Source: Paragordius varius (lineage: Eukaryota > Animalia > Nematomorpha). From it: a stretch of DNA of 64,000 nucleotides. The translations under genes and the position numbers were made by a program. The DNA is taken from contig OZ176054.1 of assembly GCA_964247055.1 (NCBI GenBank), forward strand, positions 868,001 through 932,000, given 5' to 3'. The notes beneath the pieces were generated by a model. That model saw only the letters and a program-made list of their open reading frames with translations, ran no database searches and was not told the origin of the DNA. This document shows, piece by piece, positions 27,901 to 42,759 of the stretch (within the stretch, counting starts at the first letter, position 1; each line of letters opens with the position of its first letter).

Positions 27901-30900
27901 ATTCTCTTAGTAGGACTACATCAAAATATAGAGATAGTTTGACAAACTCTTTCATATCCGATTTTTACAACGATACTTTAAAAATTAATGTATAGAACTA
28001 GTCGCGTTAAACTTTGTCCTAAAAATTCGTATATTGATCACCGGTGAACAAAATTATTTTTTATACATTCTCTTAGTAAGACTACAACAAAATATAGAGA
28101 TAGTTTGACAAACTCTTTCATATCCGATTTTTACAACGATACTTTAAAAATTAATGTATAAAACTAGTCCATCAATACTCAAGTTTAACTTTGTCCTTAA
28201 AAATCGGATATTGGTCACCGGTGAACAAAACTATTTTTTATACATTCTCTTAGTAAGACTACATCAAAATATAGAGATAGTTTGACAAACTCTTTCATAT
28301 CCGATTTTTACAACGATACTTTAAAAATTAATGTATAGAACTAGTCGCGTTAAACTTTGTCCTAAAAATTCGTATATTGATCACCGGTGAACAAAATTAT
28401 TTTTTATACATTCTCTTAGTAAGACTACAACAAAATATAGAGATAGTTTGACAAACTCTTTCATATCCGATTTTTACAACGATACTTTAAAATTAATGTA
28501 TAAAACTAGTCGCATCAATACTCAAGTTTTTGTCCTTAAAAATCGGATATTGGTCACCGGTGAACAAAATTATTTTTTACAACATTCTCTTAGTAGGACT
28601 ACATCAAAATATAGAGATAGTTTGACAAACTCTTTCATATCCGATTTTTACAACGATACTTTAAAAATTAATGTATTGAACTAGTCGCGTTAAACTTTGT
28701 CCTAAAAATTCGTATATTGATCACCGGTGAACAAAATTATTTTTTATACATTCTCTTAGTAAGACTACAACAAAATATAGAGATAGTTTGACAAACTCTT
28801 TCATATCTGATTTTTACAACGATACTTTAAAATTAATGTATAAAACTAGTCGCATCAATACTCAAGTTTTTGTCCTTAAAAATCGGATATTGGTCACCGG
28901 TGAAAAAAATTATTTTTTACAACATTCTCTTAGTAGGACTACATCAAAATATAGAGATAGTTTGACAAACTCTTTCATATCCGATTTTTACAACGATACT
29001 TTAAAAATTAATGTATAGAACTAGTCGCGTTAAACTTTGTCCTAAAAATTCGTATATTGATCACCGGTGAACAAAATTATTTTTTATACATTCTCTTAGT
29101 AAGACTACAACAAAATATAGAGATAGTTTGACAAACTCTTTCATATCCGATTTTTACAACGATACTTTAAAAATTAATGTATAAAACTAGTCGCATCAAT
29201 ACTCAAGTTTTTGTCCTTAAAAATCGGATATTGGTCACCGGTGAACAAAATTATTTTTTACAACATTCTCTTAGTAGGACTACATCAAAATATAGAGATA
29301 GTTTGACAAACTCTTTCATATCCGATTTTTACAACGATATTTTAAAAATTAATGTATAGAACTAGTCGCGTTAAACTTTGTCCTAAAAATTCGTATATTG
29401 ATCACCGGTGAACAAAATTATTTTTTATACATTCTCTTAGTAAGACTACATCAAAATATAGAGATAGTTTGACAAACTCTTTCTTATCCGATTTTTACAA
29501 CGATACTTTAAAAATTAATGTATTAAACTAGTCGCATCAATACTCAAGTTAAACTTTGTCCTTAAAAATCGGATATTGGTCTCCGGTGAACAAAATAATT
29601 TTTTATACATTCTCTTAGTAAGACTACATCAAAATATAGAGGTAGTTTGACAAACTCTTTCATATCCGATTTTTATAGAGATAGTTTGACAAACTCTTTC
29701 ATATCCGATTTTTACAACGATACTTTAAAAATTAATATATTAAACTAGTCGCATCAATACTCAAGTTAAACTTTGTCCTTAAAAATCGGATATTGGTCAC
29801 CGGTGAACAAAACTAATTTTTATACATTCTCTTAGTAAGACTACATCAAAATGAGATAGTTTGACAAACTCTTTCATATCCAATTTTTAAAACGATACTT
29901 TAATAATTAATGTATAGAACTAGTCGCGTTAAACTTTGTCCTAAAAATCGTATATTGATCACCGGTGAACAAAATATTTTTTATACATTCTCTGTAAGAC
30001 TACAACAAAATATAGAGATAGTTTGACAAACTCTTTCATATCCGATTTTTACAACGATACTTTAAAAATTAATATATTAAATTAGTCGCATCAATACTCA
30101 AGTTAAACTTTGTCCTTAAAAATCGGATATTGGTCTACGGTGAACAAAACTAATTTTTATACATTCTCTTAGTAAGACTACATCAAAATGAGAGTGTTTG
30201 ACAAACTCTTTCCTATCCAATTTTTACAACGATACTTTAATAATTAATGTATAGAACGAGTCGCGTTAAACTTTGTCCTAAAAATCGTATATTGATCACC
30301 GGTGAACAAAATATTTTTTATACATTCTCTGTAAGACTACAACAAAATATAGAGATAGTTTGACAAACTCTTTCATATCCGATTTTTACAACGATACTTT
30401 AAAAATTAATGTATAAAACTAGTCCATCAATACTCAAGTTTAACTTTGTCCTTAAAAATCGGATATTGGTTACGTGAACAAAATTATTTTTTATACATTC
30501 TATTATTAAGACTACATCAAAATATAGAGATAGTTTGACAAACTCTTTCATATCCGATTTTTACAACGATACTTTAAAAATTAATATATTAAACTAGTCG
30601 CATCAATACTCAAGTTAAACTTTGTCCTTAAAAATCGGATATTGGTCACCGGTGAACAAAACTATTTTTTATACATTCTCTTAGTAAGTCTACATCAAAA
30701 TATAGAGATAGTTTGACAAACTCTTTCATATCCGATTTTTACAACGATACTTTAAAAATTAATGTATAGAACTAGTCGCGTTAAACTTTGTCCTAAAAAT
30801 TCGTATATTGATCACCGGTGAACAAAATTATTTTTTATACATTCTCTTAGTAAGACTACAACAAAATATAGAGATAGTTTGACAAACTCTTTCATATCCG

Positions 30901-33900
30901 ATTTTTACAACGATACTTTAAAATTAATGTATAAAACTAGTCGCATCAATACTCAAGTTTTTGTCCTTAAAAATCGGATATTGGTCACCGGTGAACAAAA
31001 TTATTTTTTACAACATTCTCTTAGTAGGACTACATCAAAATATAGAGATAGTTTGACAAACTCTTTCATATCCGATTTTTACAACGATACTTTAAAAATT
31101 AATGTATAGAACTAGTCGCGTTAAACTTTGTCCTAAAAATTCGTATATTGATCACCGGTGAACAAAATTATTTTTTATACATTCTCTTAGTAAGACTACA
31201 ACAAAATATAGAGATAGTTTGACAAACTCTTTCATATCCGATTTTTACAACGATACTTTAAAAATTAATGTATAAAACTAGTCGCATCAATACTCAAGTT
31301 TTTGTCCTTAAAAATCGGATATTGGTCACCGGTGAACAAAATTATTTTTTACAACATTCTCTTAGTAGGACTACATCAAAATTTAGAGATAGTTTGACAA
31401 ACTCTTTCATATCCGATTTTTACAACGATATTTTAAAAATTAATGTATAGAACTAGTCGCGTTAAACTTTGTCCTAAAAATTCGTATATTGATCACCGGT
31501 GAACAAAATTATTTTTTATACATTCTCTTAGTAAGACTACATCAAAATATAGAGATAGTTTGACAAACTCTTTCATATCCGATTTTTACAACGATACTTT
31601 AAAAATTAATGTATTAAACTAGTCGCATCAATACTCAAGTTAAACTTTGTCCTTAAAAATCGGATATTGGTCTCCGGTGAACAAAATAATTTTTTATACA
31701 TTCTCTTAGTAAGACTACATCAAAATATAGAGGTAGTTTGACAAACTCTTTCATATCCGATTTTTATAGAGATAGTTTGACAAACTCTTTCATATCCGAT
31801 TTTTACAACGATACTTTAAAAATTAATATATTAAACTAGTCGCATCAATACTCAAGTTAAACTTTGTCCTTAAAAATCGGATATTGGTCACCGGTGAACA
31901 AAACTAATTTTTATACATTCTCTTAGTAAGACTACATCAAAATGAGATAGTTTGACAAACTCTTTCATATCCAATTTTTAAAACGATACTTTAATAATTA
32001 ATGTATAGAACTAGTCGCGTTAAACTTTGTCCTAAAAATCGTATATTGATCACCGGTGAACAAAATATTTTTTATACATTCTCTGTAAGACTACAACAAA
32101 ATATAGAGATAGTTTGACAAACTCTTTCATATCCGATTTTTACAACGATACTTTAAAAATTAATGTATAAAACTAGTCCATCAATACTCAAGTTTAACTT
32201 TGTCCTTAAAAATCGGATATTGGTTACGTGAACAAAATTATTTTTTATACATTCTATTATTAAGACTACATCAAAATATAGAGATAGTTTGACAAACTCT
32301 TTCATATCCGATTTTTACAACGATACTTTAAAAATTAATATATTAAACTAGTCGCATCAATACTCAAGTTAAACTTTGTCCTTAAAAATCGGATATTGGT
32401 CACCGGTGAACAAAACTATTTTTTATACATTCTCTTAGTAAGTCTACATCAAAATATAGAGATAGTTTGACAAACTCTTTCATATCCGATTTTTACAACG
32501 ATACTTTAAAAATTAATGTATAGAACTAGTCGCGTTAAACTTTGTCCTAAAAATTCGTATATTGATCACCGGTGAACAAAATTTTTTATACATTCTCTTA
32601 GTAAGACTACAACAAAGTATAGAGATAGTTTGACAAACTCTTTCATATCCGATTTTTACAACGATACTTTAAAAATTTATGTATAAAACTAGTCGCATCA
32701 ATACTCAAGTTAAACTTTGTCCTTAAAAATCGGATATTGGTCACCGGTGAACAAAACTATTTTTTATACATTCTCTTAGTAAGACTACATCAAAATATAG
32801 AGATAGTTTGACAAACTCTTTCATATCCGATTTTTACAACGATACTTTAAAAATTAATGTATAGAACTAGTCGCATTAAACTTTGTCCTAAAAATTCGTA
32901 TATTGATCACCGGTGAACAAAATTATTTTTTATACATTCTCTTAGTAAGACTACAACAAAATATAGAGATAGTTGAACAAACTCTTTCATATCCGATTTT
33001 TACAACGATACTTTAGAAATTAATGTATAAAATTAGTCGCATCAATACTCAAGTTAAACTTTGTCCTTAAAAATCGGATATTGGTCGCCGGTGAACAAAA
33101 CTATTTTTTATACATTCTCTTAGTAAGACTACATCAAAATATAGAGATAGTTTGACAAACTCTTTCATATCCGATTTTTACAACCATACTTTAAAAATTA
33201 ATGTATAGAACTAGTCGCATTAAACTTTGTCCTAAAAATTCGTATATTGATCACCGGTGAACAAAATTATTTTTTATACATTCTCTTAGTAAGACTACAT
33301 CAAAATATAGAGATAGTTTGACAAACTCTTTCATATCCGATTTTTACAACGATACTTTAAAAATTAATGTATAGAACTAGTCGCGTTAAACTTTGTCCTA
33401 AAAATTCGTATATTGATCACCGGTGAACAAAATTATTTTTTATACATTCTCTTAGTAAGACTACAACAAAATATAGAGATAGTTTGACAAACTCTTTCAT
33501 ATCCGATTTTTACAACGATACTTTAAAAATTAATGTATAAAACTAGTCCCATCAATACTCAAGTTTAACTTTGTCCTTAAAAATCGGATATTGGTCACCG
33601 GTAAACAAAATTATTTTTTATACCATCTCTTATTAAGACTACATCAAAATATAGAGATAGTTTGACAAACTCTTTCATATCCGATTTTTACAACGATACT
33701 TTTAAAATTAATATATTAAACTAGTCGCATCAATACTCAAGTTAAACTTTGTCCTTATCGGATATTGGTCACCGGTGAACAAAACTATTTTTTATACATT
33801 CTCTTAGTAAGACTACATCAAAATATAGAGATAGTTTGACAAACTCTTTCATATCCGATTTTTACAACGATACTTTAAAAATTAATGTATAAAACTAGTC

Positions 33901-34598
33901 GCGTTAAACTTTGTCCTAAAAATTGGGATATTGATCACCGGTGAACAAAATTATTTTTTATACATTCTCTTAGTAAGACTACAACAAAATATAGAGATAG
34001 TTGAACAAACTCTTTCATATCCGATTTTTACAACGATACTTAAAAAATTAATGTATAAAACTAGTCGCATCAATACTCAAGTTAAACTTTCTCCTTAAAA
34101 ATCGGATATTGGTTGCCGGTAAAGAAAATTATTTTTTATCATTCTCTTAGTAGGACTACATCATAATATAGAGATAGTTTGACAAACTCTTTCATATCCG
34201 ATTTTTACAACGATACTTAAAAAATTAATGTATAAAACTAGTCGCATCAATGCTCAAGTTAAACTTTGTCCTTAAAAATCCGATATTGATCACCGGTGAA
34301 CAAAATTATTTTTTATACATTCTCTTAGTAAGACTACAACAAAATATAGAGATAGTTTGACAAACTCTTTCATATCCGATTTTTACAACGATACTTTAAA
34401 AATTAATGTATAAAACTAGTCGCATCAATACTCAAGTTAAATTTTGTCCTTAAAAATCGGATATTGGTCACTGGTGAAAAAATTATTTTTTATACATTCT
34501 CTTATTAAGACTACATCAAAATATAGAGATAGTTTGACAAACTCTTTCATATCCGATTTTTACAACGATACTTTAAAAATTAATGTATAAAACTAGTC

Positions 34599-35262
34599 GC
34601 GTTAAACTTTGTCCTAAAAATTCGGATATTGATCACCGGTGAACAAAATTATTGTTTATACATTCTCTTAGTAAGACTACAACAAAGTATAGAGATAGTT
34701 TGACAAACTCTTTCATATCCGATTTTTACAACGATACTTTAAAAATTAATTTATAGAACTAGTCGCATTAAACTTTGTCCTAAAAATTCGTATATTGATC
34801 ACCGGTGAACAAAATTATTTTTTATACATTCTCTTAGTAAGACTACAACAAAATATAGAGATAGTTGAACAAACTCTTTCATATCCGATTTTTACAACGA
34901 TACTTTAAAAATTAATGTATAAAACTAGTCGCGTTAAACTTTGTCCTAAAAATTCGGATATTGATCACCGGTGAACAAAATTATTTTTTATACATTCTCT
35001 TAGTAACACTACAACAAAATATAGAGATAGTTTGACAAACTCTTTCATATCCGATTTTTACAACGATACTTTAAAAATTAATTTATAGAACTAGTCGCAT
35101 TAAACTTTGTGATAAAAATTCGTATATTGATCACCGGTGAACAAAATTATTTTTTATACATTCTCTTAGTAAGACTACAACAAAATATAGAGATAGTTGA
35201 ACAAACTCTTTCATATCCGATTTTTACAACGATACTTTAAAAATTAATGTATAAAACTAGTC
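34599..35262. repeat. Run of four consecutive 166-bp monomers (two copies of a 332-bp short-short dimer)
   Basis: The run spans monomer starts 34599 to 35263, i.e. 664 bp = 4x166. Heads alternate GCGTT...TTCGGATA and GCATT...TTCGTATA with GTTGAAC tails. Confidence 0.8.
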
Positions 35263-38200
35263 GCATCAATACTCAAGTAAAACTTTGTCCTTAAAAATCG
35301 GATATTGGTCGCCGGTGAACAAAACTATTTTTTATACATTCTCTTAGTAAGACTACATCAAAATATAGAGATAGTTTGACAAACTCTTTCATATCCGATT
35401 TTTACAACGATACTTTAAAAATTAATGTATAAAACTAGTCGCGTTAAACTTTGTCCTAAAAATTCGGATATTGATCACCGGTGAACAAAATTATTGTTTA
35501 TACATTCTCTTAGTAAGACTACAACAAAGTATAGAGATAGTTTGACAAACTCTTTCATATCCGATTTTTACAACGATACTTTAAAAATTAATGTATAAAA
35601 CTAGTCGCCTTAAACTTTGTCCTAAAAATTCGTATAGTGATCACCGGTGAACAAAATTATTTTTTATACATTCTCTTAGTAAGACTACAACAAAATATAG
35701 AGATAGTTTGACAAACTCTTTAATATCCGATTTTTACAACGATACTTTAAAATTAATGTATAAAACTAGTCGCATCAATACTCAAGTTAAACTTTGTCCT
35801 TAAAAATCGGTTATTGGTCACCGGTGAACAAAACTATTTTTTATACATTCTCTTAGTAAGTCTACATCAAAATATAGAGATAGTTTGACAAACTCTTTCA
35901 TATCCGATTTTTACAACGATACTTTAAAAATTAATGTATAGAACTAGTCGCGTTATACTTTGTCCTAAAAATTCGTATATTGATCACCGGTGAACAAAAT
36001 TATTTTTTATACATTCTCTTAGTAAGACTACAACAAAATATAGAGATAGTTTGACAAACTCTTTCATATCCGATTTTTACAACGATACTTTAAAAATTAA
36101 TGTATAAAACTAGTCGCATCAATACTCAAGTTAAACTTTGTCCTTAAAAATCGGATATTGGTCGCCGGTGAACAAAACTATTTTTTATACGTTTTCTTAG
36201 TAAGACTACATCAAAATATAGAGATAGTTTGACAAACTCTTTCATATCCGATTTTTACAACGATACTTTAAAAATTAATGTATAAAACTAGTCGCATCAA
36301 TACTCAAGTTTTTGTCCTTAAAAATCGGATATTGGTCACCGGTGAACAAAATTATTTTTACAACATTCTCTTAGTAGGACTACATCAAAATATAGAGATA
36401 GTTTGACAAACTCTTTCATATCCGATTTTTACAACGATACTTTAAAAAATGTATAAAACTAGTCGCATCAATACTCAAGTAAAACTTTGTCCTTAAAAAT
36501 CGGATATTGGTTGCCCGTAAAGAAAATTATTTTTTATCATTCTCTTAGTAGGACTACATCATAATATAGAGATAGTTTGACAAACTCTTTCATATCCGAT
36601 TTTTACAACGATACTTTAAAAATTAATGTATAAAACTAGTCGCATCAATACTCAAGTTAAATTTTGTCCTTAAAAATCGGATATTGGTCACCGGTGAACA
36701 AAATTATTTTTTATACATTCTCTTATTAAGTCTACATCAAAATATAGAGATAGTTTGACAAACTCTTTCATATCCGATTTTTACAACGATACTTTAAAAA
36801 TTAATATATTAAACTAGTCGCATCAATACTCAAGTTAAACTTTGTCCTTAAAAATCGGATATTGGTCACCGGTGAACAAAACTAATTTTTATACATTCTC
36901 TTAGTAAGACTACAACAAAATATAGAGATAGTTGAACAAACTCTTTCATATCCGATTTTTACAACGATACTTTAAAAATTAATGTATAAAACTAGTCGCA
37001 TCAATACTCAAGTTAAACTTTGTCCTTAAAAATCGGATATTGGTCACCGGTGAACAAAACTAATTTTTATACATTCTCTTAGTAGGACTACATCATAATA
37101 TAGAGATAGTTTGACAAACTCTTTCATATCCGATTTTTACAACGATACTTTAAAAATTAATGTATAAAACTAGTCGCATCAATACTCAAGTTAAATTTTG
37201 TCCTTAAAAATCGGATATTGGTCACCGGTGAACAAAATTATTTTTTATACATTCTCTTATTAAGACTACAACAAAATATAGAGATAGTTTGACAAACTCT
37301 TTCATATCCGATTTTTACAACGATACTTTAAAATTAATGTATAAAACTAGTCGCATCAATACTCAAGTTTTTGTCCTTAAAAATCGGATATTGGTCACCG
37401 GTGAACAAAATTATTTTTACAACATTCTCTTAGTAGGACTACATCAAAATATAGAGATAGTTTGACAAACTCTTTCATATCCGATTTTTACAACGATACT
37501 TTAAAAAATATATAAAACTAGTCGCATCAATACTCAAGTAAAACTTTGTCCTTAAAAATCGGATATTGGTTGCCGGTAAAGAAAATTATTTTTTATCATT
37601 CTCTTAGTAGGACTACATCATAATATAGAGATAGTTTGACAAACTCTTTCATATCCGATTTTTACAACGATACTTTAAAAATTAATGTATAAAACTAGTC
37701 GCATCAATACTCAAGTTAAATTTTGTCCTTAAAAATCGGATATTGGTCACCGGTGAACAAAATTATTTTTTATACATTCTCTTATTAAGACTACATCAAA
37801 ATATAGAGATAGTTTGACAAACTCTTTCACATCCGATTTTTACAACGATACTTTAAAAATTAATATATTAAACTAGTCGCATCAATACTCAAGTTAAACT
37901 TTGTCCTTAAAAATCGGATATTGGTCACCGGTGAACAAAACTAATTTTTATACATTCTCTTAGTAAGACTACATCAAAATATAGAGATAGTTTGACAAAT
38001 TCTTTCATATCCAATTTTTACAACGATACTTTAAAAATTAATGTATAGAACTAGTCGCGTTATACTTTGTCCTAAAAATTCGTATATTGATCACCGGTGA
38101 ACAAAATTATTTTTTATACATTCTCTTAGTAAGACTACAACAAAATATAGAGATAGTTTGACAAACTCTTTCATATCCGATTTTTAAAACGATACTTTAA

Positions 38201-41200
38201 AAATTAATGTATAAAACTAGTCGCATCAATACTCAAGTTAAACTTTGTCCTTAAAAATCGGATATTGGTCGCCGGTGAACAAAACTATTTTTTATACATT
38301 CTCTTAGTAAGACTACATCAAAATATAGAGATAGTTTGACAAACTCTTTCATATCCGATTTTTACAACGATACTTTAAAAATTAATGTATAAAACTAGTC
38401 GCGTTAAACTTTGTCCTAAAAATTCGTATATTGATCACCGGTGAACAAAATTATTTTTTATACATTCTCTTAGTAAGACTACAACAAAATATAGAGATAG
38501 TTGAACAAACTCTTTCATATCCGATTTTTACAACGATACTTTAAATATTAATGTATAAAACTAGTCGCATCAATACTCAAGTTAAACTTTGTCCTTAAAA
38601 ATCGGATATTGGTCGCCGGTGAACAAAACTATTTTTTATACGTTTTCTTAGTAAGACTACATCAAAATATAGAGATAGTTTGACAAACTCTTTCATATCC
38701 GATTTTTACAACGATACTTTAAAAATTAATGTATAAAACTAGTCGCGTTAAACTTTGTCCTAAAAATTGGGATATTGATCACCGGTGAACAAAATTATTT
38801 TTTATACATTCTCTTAGTAATATTACAACAAAGTATAGAGATAGTTTGACAAACTCTTTCATATCCGATTTTTACAACGATACTTTAAATTAATGTATAA
38901 AACTAGTCGCATCAATACTCAACTTAATCTTTGTCCTTAAAAATCGGATATTGGTCACCAGTGATCAAAATTATTTTTTACAACATTCTCTTAGTAGGAC
39001 TACATCAAAATATAGAGATAGTTTGACAAACTCTTTCATATCCGATTTTTACAACGATACTTTAAAAATTTATATTAAACTAGTCGCATCAATACTCAAG
39101 TTAAACTTTGTCCTTAAAAATCGGATATTGGTCACCGGTGAACAAAACTATTTTTTATACATTCTCTTAGTAAGACTACATCAAAATATAGAGATAGTTT
39201 GACAAACTCTTTCATATCCGATTTTTACAACGATACTTTAAAAATTAATGTATAGAATTAGTCGCGTTAAACTTTGTCCTAAAAATTCGTATAGTGATCA
39301 CCGGTGAACAAAATTATTTTTTATACATTCTCTTAGTAAGACTACAACAAAATATAGAGATAGTTTGACAAACTCTTTCATATCCGATTTTTACAACGAT
39401 ACTTTAAAATTAATGTATAAAACTAGTCGCATCAATACTCAAGTTAAACTTTGTCCTTAAAAATCGGATATTGGTAACCGGTGAACAAAACTATTTTTTA
39501 TACATTCTCTTAGTAAGACTACATCAAAATATAGAGATAGTTTGACAAACTCTTTCATATCCGATTTTTACAACGATACTTTAAAAATTAATGTATAGAA
39601 CTAGTCGCGTTATACTTTGTCCTAAAAATTCGTATATTGATCACCGGTGAACAAAATTATTTTTTATACATTATCTTAGTAAGACTACAACAAAATATAG
39701 AGATAGTTTGACAAACTCTTTCTTATCCGATTTTTACAACGATACTTTAAAAATTAATGTATAAAACTAGTCGCATCAATACTCAAGTTAAACTTTGTCC
39801 TTAAAAATCGGATATTGGTCACCGGTGAACAAAATTATTTTTTATACATTCTCTTATTAAGACTACATCAAAATATAGAGATAGTTTGACAAACTCTTTC
39901 ATATCCGATTTTTACAACGATACTTTTAAAATTAATATATTAAACTAGTCGCATCAATACTAAAGTTAAACTTTGTCCTTAAAAATCGGATATTGGTCAC
40001 CGGTGAACAAAACTATTTTTTATACGTTCTCTTAGTAAGACTACATCAAAATATAGAGATAGTTTGACAAACTCTTTCATATCCGATTTATACAACGATA
40101 TTTTAAAAATTAATGTATAAAACTAGTCGCATCAATACTCAAGTTTTTGTCCTTAAAAATCGGATATTGGTCACCGGTGAACAAAATTATTTTTTATACA
40201 TTCTGTTAGTAAGACTACATCAAAATATAGAGATAGTTTGACAAACTCTTTCATATCCGATTTTTACAACGATACTTTAAAAATTAATGTATAAAACTAG
40301 TCGCGTTAAACTTTGTCCTAAAAATTCGGATATTGATCACCGGTGAACAAAATTATTTTTTATACATTCTCTTAGTAAGACTACAACAAAATATAGAGAT
40401 AGTTGAACAAACTCTTTCATATCCGATTTTTACAACGATACTTTAAATATTAATGTATAAAACTAGTCGCATCAATACTCAAGTTAAACTTTGTCCTTAA
40501 AAATCGGATATTGGTCGCCGGTGAACTAAACTATTTTTTATACGTTCTCTTAGTAAGACTACATCAAAATATAGAGATAGTTTGACAAACTCTTTCATAT
40601 CCGATTTTTACAATGATACTTTAAAAATTAATGTATAAAACTAGTCGCGTTAAACTTTGTCCTAAAAATTGGGATATTGATCACCGGTGAACAAAATTAT
40701 TTTTTATACATTCTCTTAGTAAGACTACAACAAAGTATAGAGATAGTTTGACAAACTCTTTCATATCCGATTTTTACAACGATACTTTAAATTAATGTAT
40801 AAAACTAGTCGCATCAATACTCAACTTAAACTTTGTCCTAAAAATTCGTATATTGATCACCGGTGAACAAAATTATTTTTTATACATTCTCTTAGAAAGA
40901 CTACAATAAAGTATAGAGATAGTTTGACAAACTCTTTCATCCGATTTTTACAACGATACTTTAAAAATTAATGTATAAAACTAGTCGCATCAATACTCAA
41001 GTTAAACTTTGTCCTTAAAAATCGGATATTGGTCACCGGTGAACAAAACTATTTTTTATACATTCTCTTATTAAGACTACATCAAAATATAGAGAAAGTT
41101 TGACAAACTCTTTCATATCCGATTTTTACAACGATACTTTAAAAATTAATGTATAGAACTAGTCGCGTTAAACTTTGTCCTAAAAATTCGTATAGTGATC

Positions 41201-42759
41201 ACCGGTGAACAAAATTATTTTTTATACATTCTCTTAGTAAGACTACAACAAAATATAGAGATAGTTTGACAAACTCTTTCATATCCGATTTTTACAACGA
41301 TACTTTAAAATTACTGTATAAAACTAGTCGCATCAATACTCAAGTTAAACTTTGTCCTTAAAAATCGGATATTGGTCACCGGTGAACAAAACTATTTTTT
41401 ATACATTCTCTTAGTAAGATTACATCAAAATATAGAGATAGTTTGACAAACTCTTTCATATCCGATTTTTACAACGATACTTTAAAAATTAATGTATAGA
41501 ACTAGTCGCGTTATACTTTGTCCTAAAAATTCATATTGATCACCGGTGAACAAAATTATTTTTTATACATTCTCTTAGTAAGACTACAACAAAATATAGA
41601 GATAGTTTGACAAACTCTTTCATATCCGATTTTTACAACGATACTTTAAAAATTCATGTATAAAACTAGTCGCATCAATACTAAAGTTAAACTTTGTCCT
41701 TAAAAATCGGATATTGGTCACCGGTGAACAAAACTATTTTTTATACGTTCTCTTAGTAAGACTACATCAAAATATAGAGATAGTTTGACAAACTCTTTCA
41801 TATCCGATTTATACAACGATATTTTAAAAATTAATGTATAAAACTAGTCGCATCAATACTCAAGTTTTTGTCCTTAAAAATCGGATATTGGTCACCGGTG
41901 AACAAAATTATTTTTTATACATTCTCTTAGTAAGACTACATCAAAATATAGAGATAGTTTGACAAACTCTTTCATATCCGATTTTTACAACGATACTTTA
42001 AAAATTAATGTATAAAACTAGTCGCGTTAAACTTTGTCCTAAAAATTGGGATATTGATCACCGGTGAACAAAATTATTTTTTATACATTCTCTTAGTAAG
42101 ACTACAACAAAGTATAGAGATAGTTTGACAAACTCTTTCATATCCGATTTTTACAACGATACTTTAAATTAATGTATAAAACTAGTCGCATCAATACTCA
42201 ACTTAATCTTTGTCCTTAAAAATCGGATATTGGTCACCAGTGAACAAAATTATTTTTTACAACATTCTCTTAGTAGGACTACATCAAAATATAGAGATAG
42301 TTTGACAAACTCTTTCATATCCGATTTTTACAACGATACTTTAAAAATTTATATTAAACTAGTCGCATCAATACTCAAGTTAAACTTTGTCCTTAAAAAT
42401 CGGATATTGGTCACCGGTGAACAAAACTATTTTTTATACATTCTCTTAGTAAGACTACATCAAAATATAGAGATAGTTTGACAAACTCTTTCATATCCGA
42501 TTTTTACAACGATACTTTAAAAATTAATGTAAAGAACTAGTCGCGTTAAACTTTGTCCTAAAAATTCGTATAGTGATCACCGGTGAACAAAATTATTTTT
42601 TATACATTCTCTTAGTAAGACTACAACAAAATATAGAGATAGTTTGACAAACTCTTTCATATCCGATTTTTACAACGATACTTTAAAATTAATGTATAAA
42701 ACTAGTCGCATCAATACTCAAGTTAAACTTTGTCCTTAAAAATCGGATATTGGTAACCG

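Larger units (their letters stand above)
21352..30125. repeat. 4383-bp tandem duplication spanning the A/B domain boundary
   Basis: Five ORF pairs are offset by exactly 4383 (23042/27425, 23382/27765, 24065/28448, 24405/28788, 24794/29177). Private variants GACTAAC, TATCTGATT, GAAAAAAATT, TTCTTATCC and TATTGAAC occur in both copies. CGAATATTGG lies at 21358/25741. Confidence 0.92.

Noticed and set aside
23042-31450. Twelve 60-78 aa ORFs (MTNSFISDFY... / MYKTSRINT...)
   Set aside because: They are read-throughs of one variant monomer whose small indels happen to remove stops. Most start at a TTG inside the repeat core, the peptide repeats itself (DSLTNSFISDFYNDTLK) at monomer periodicity, and I recognise no domain. 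Their multiplicity reflects array duplication.
38951-42481. Two 83-aa ORFs (MVTS...)
   Set aside because: Same cause: TTG start inside a monomer, and the same DNA is read in two frames within the peptide. They only mark a 3279-bp-offset repeat.
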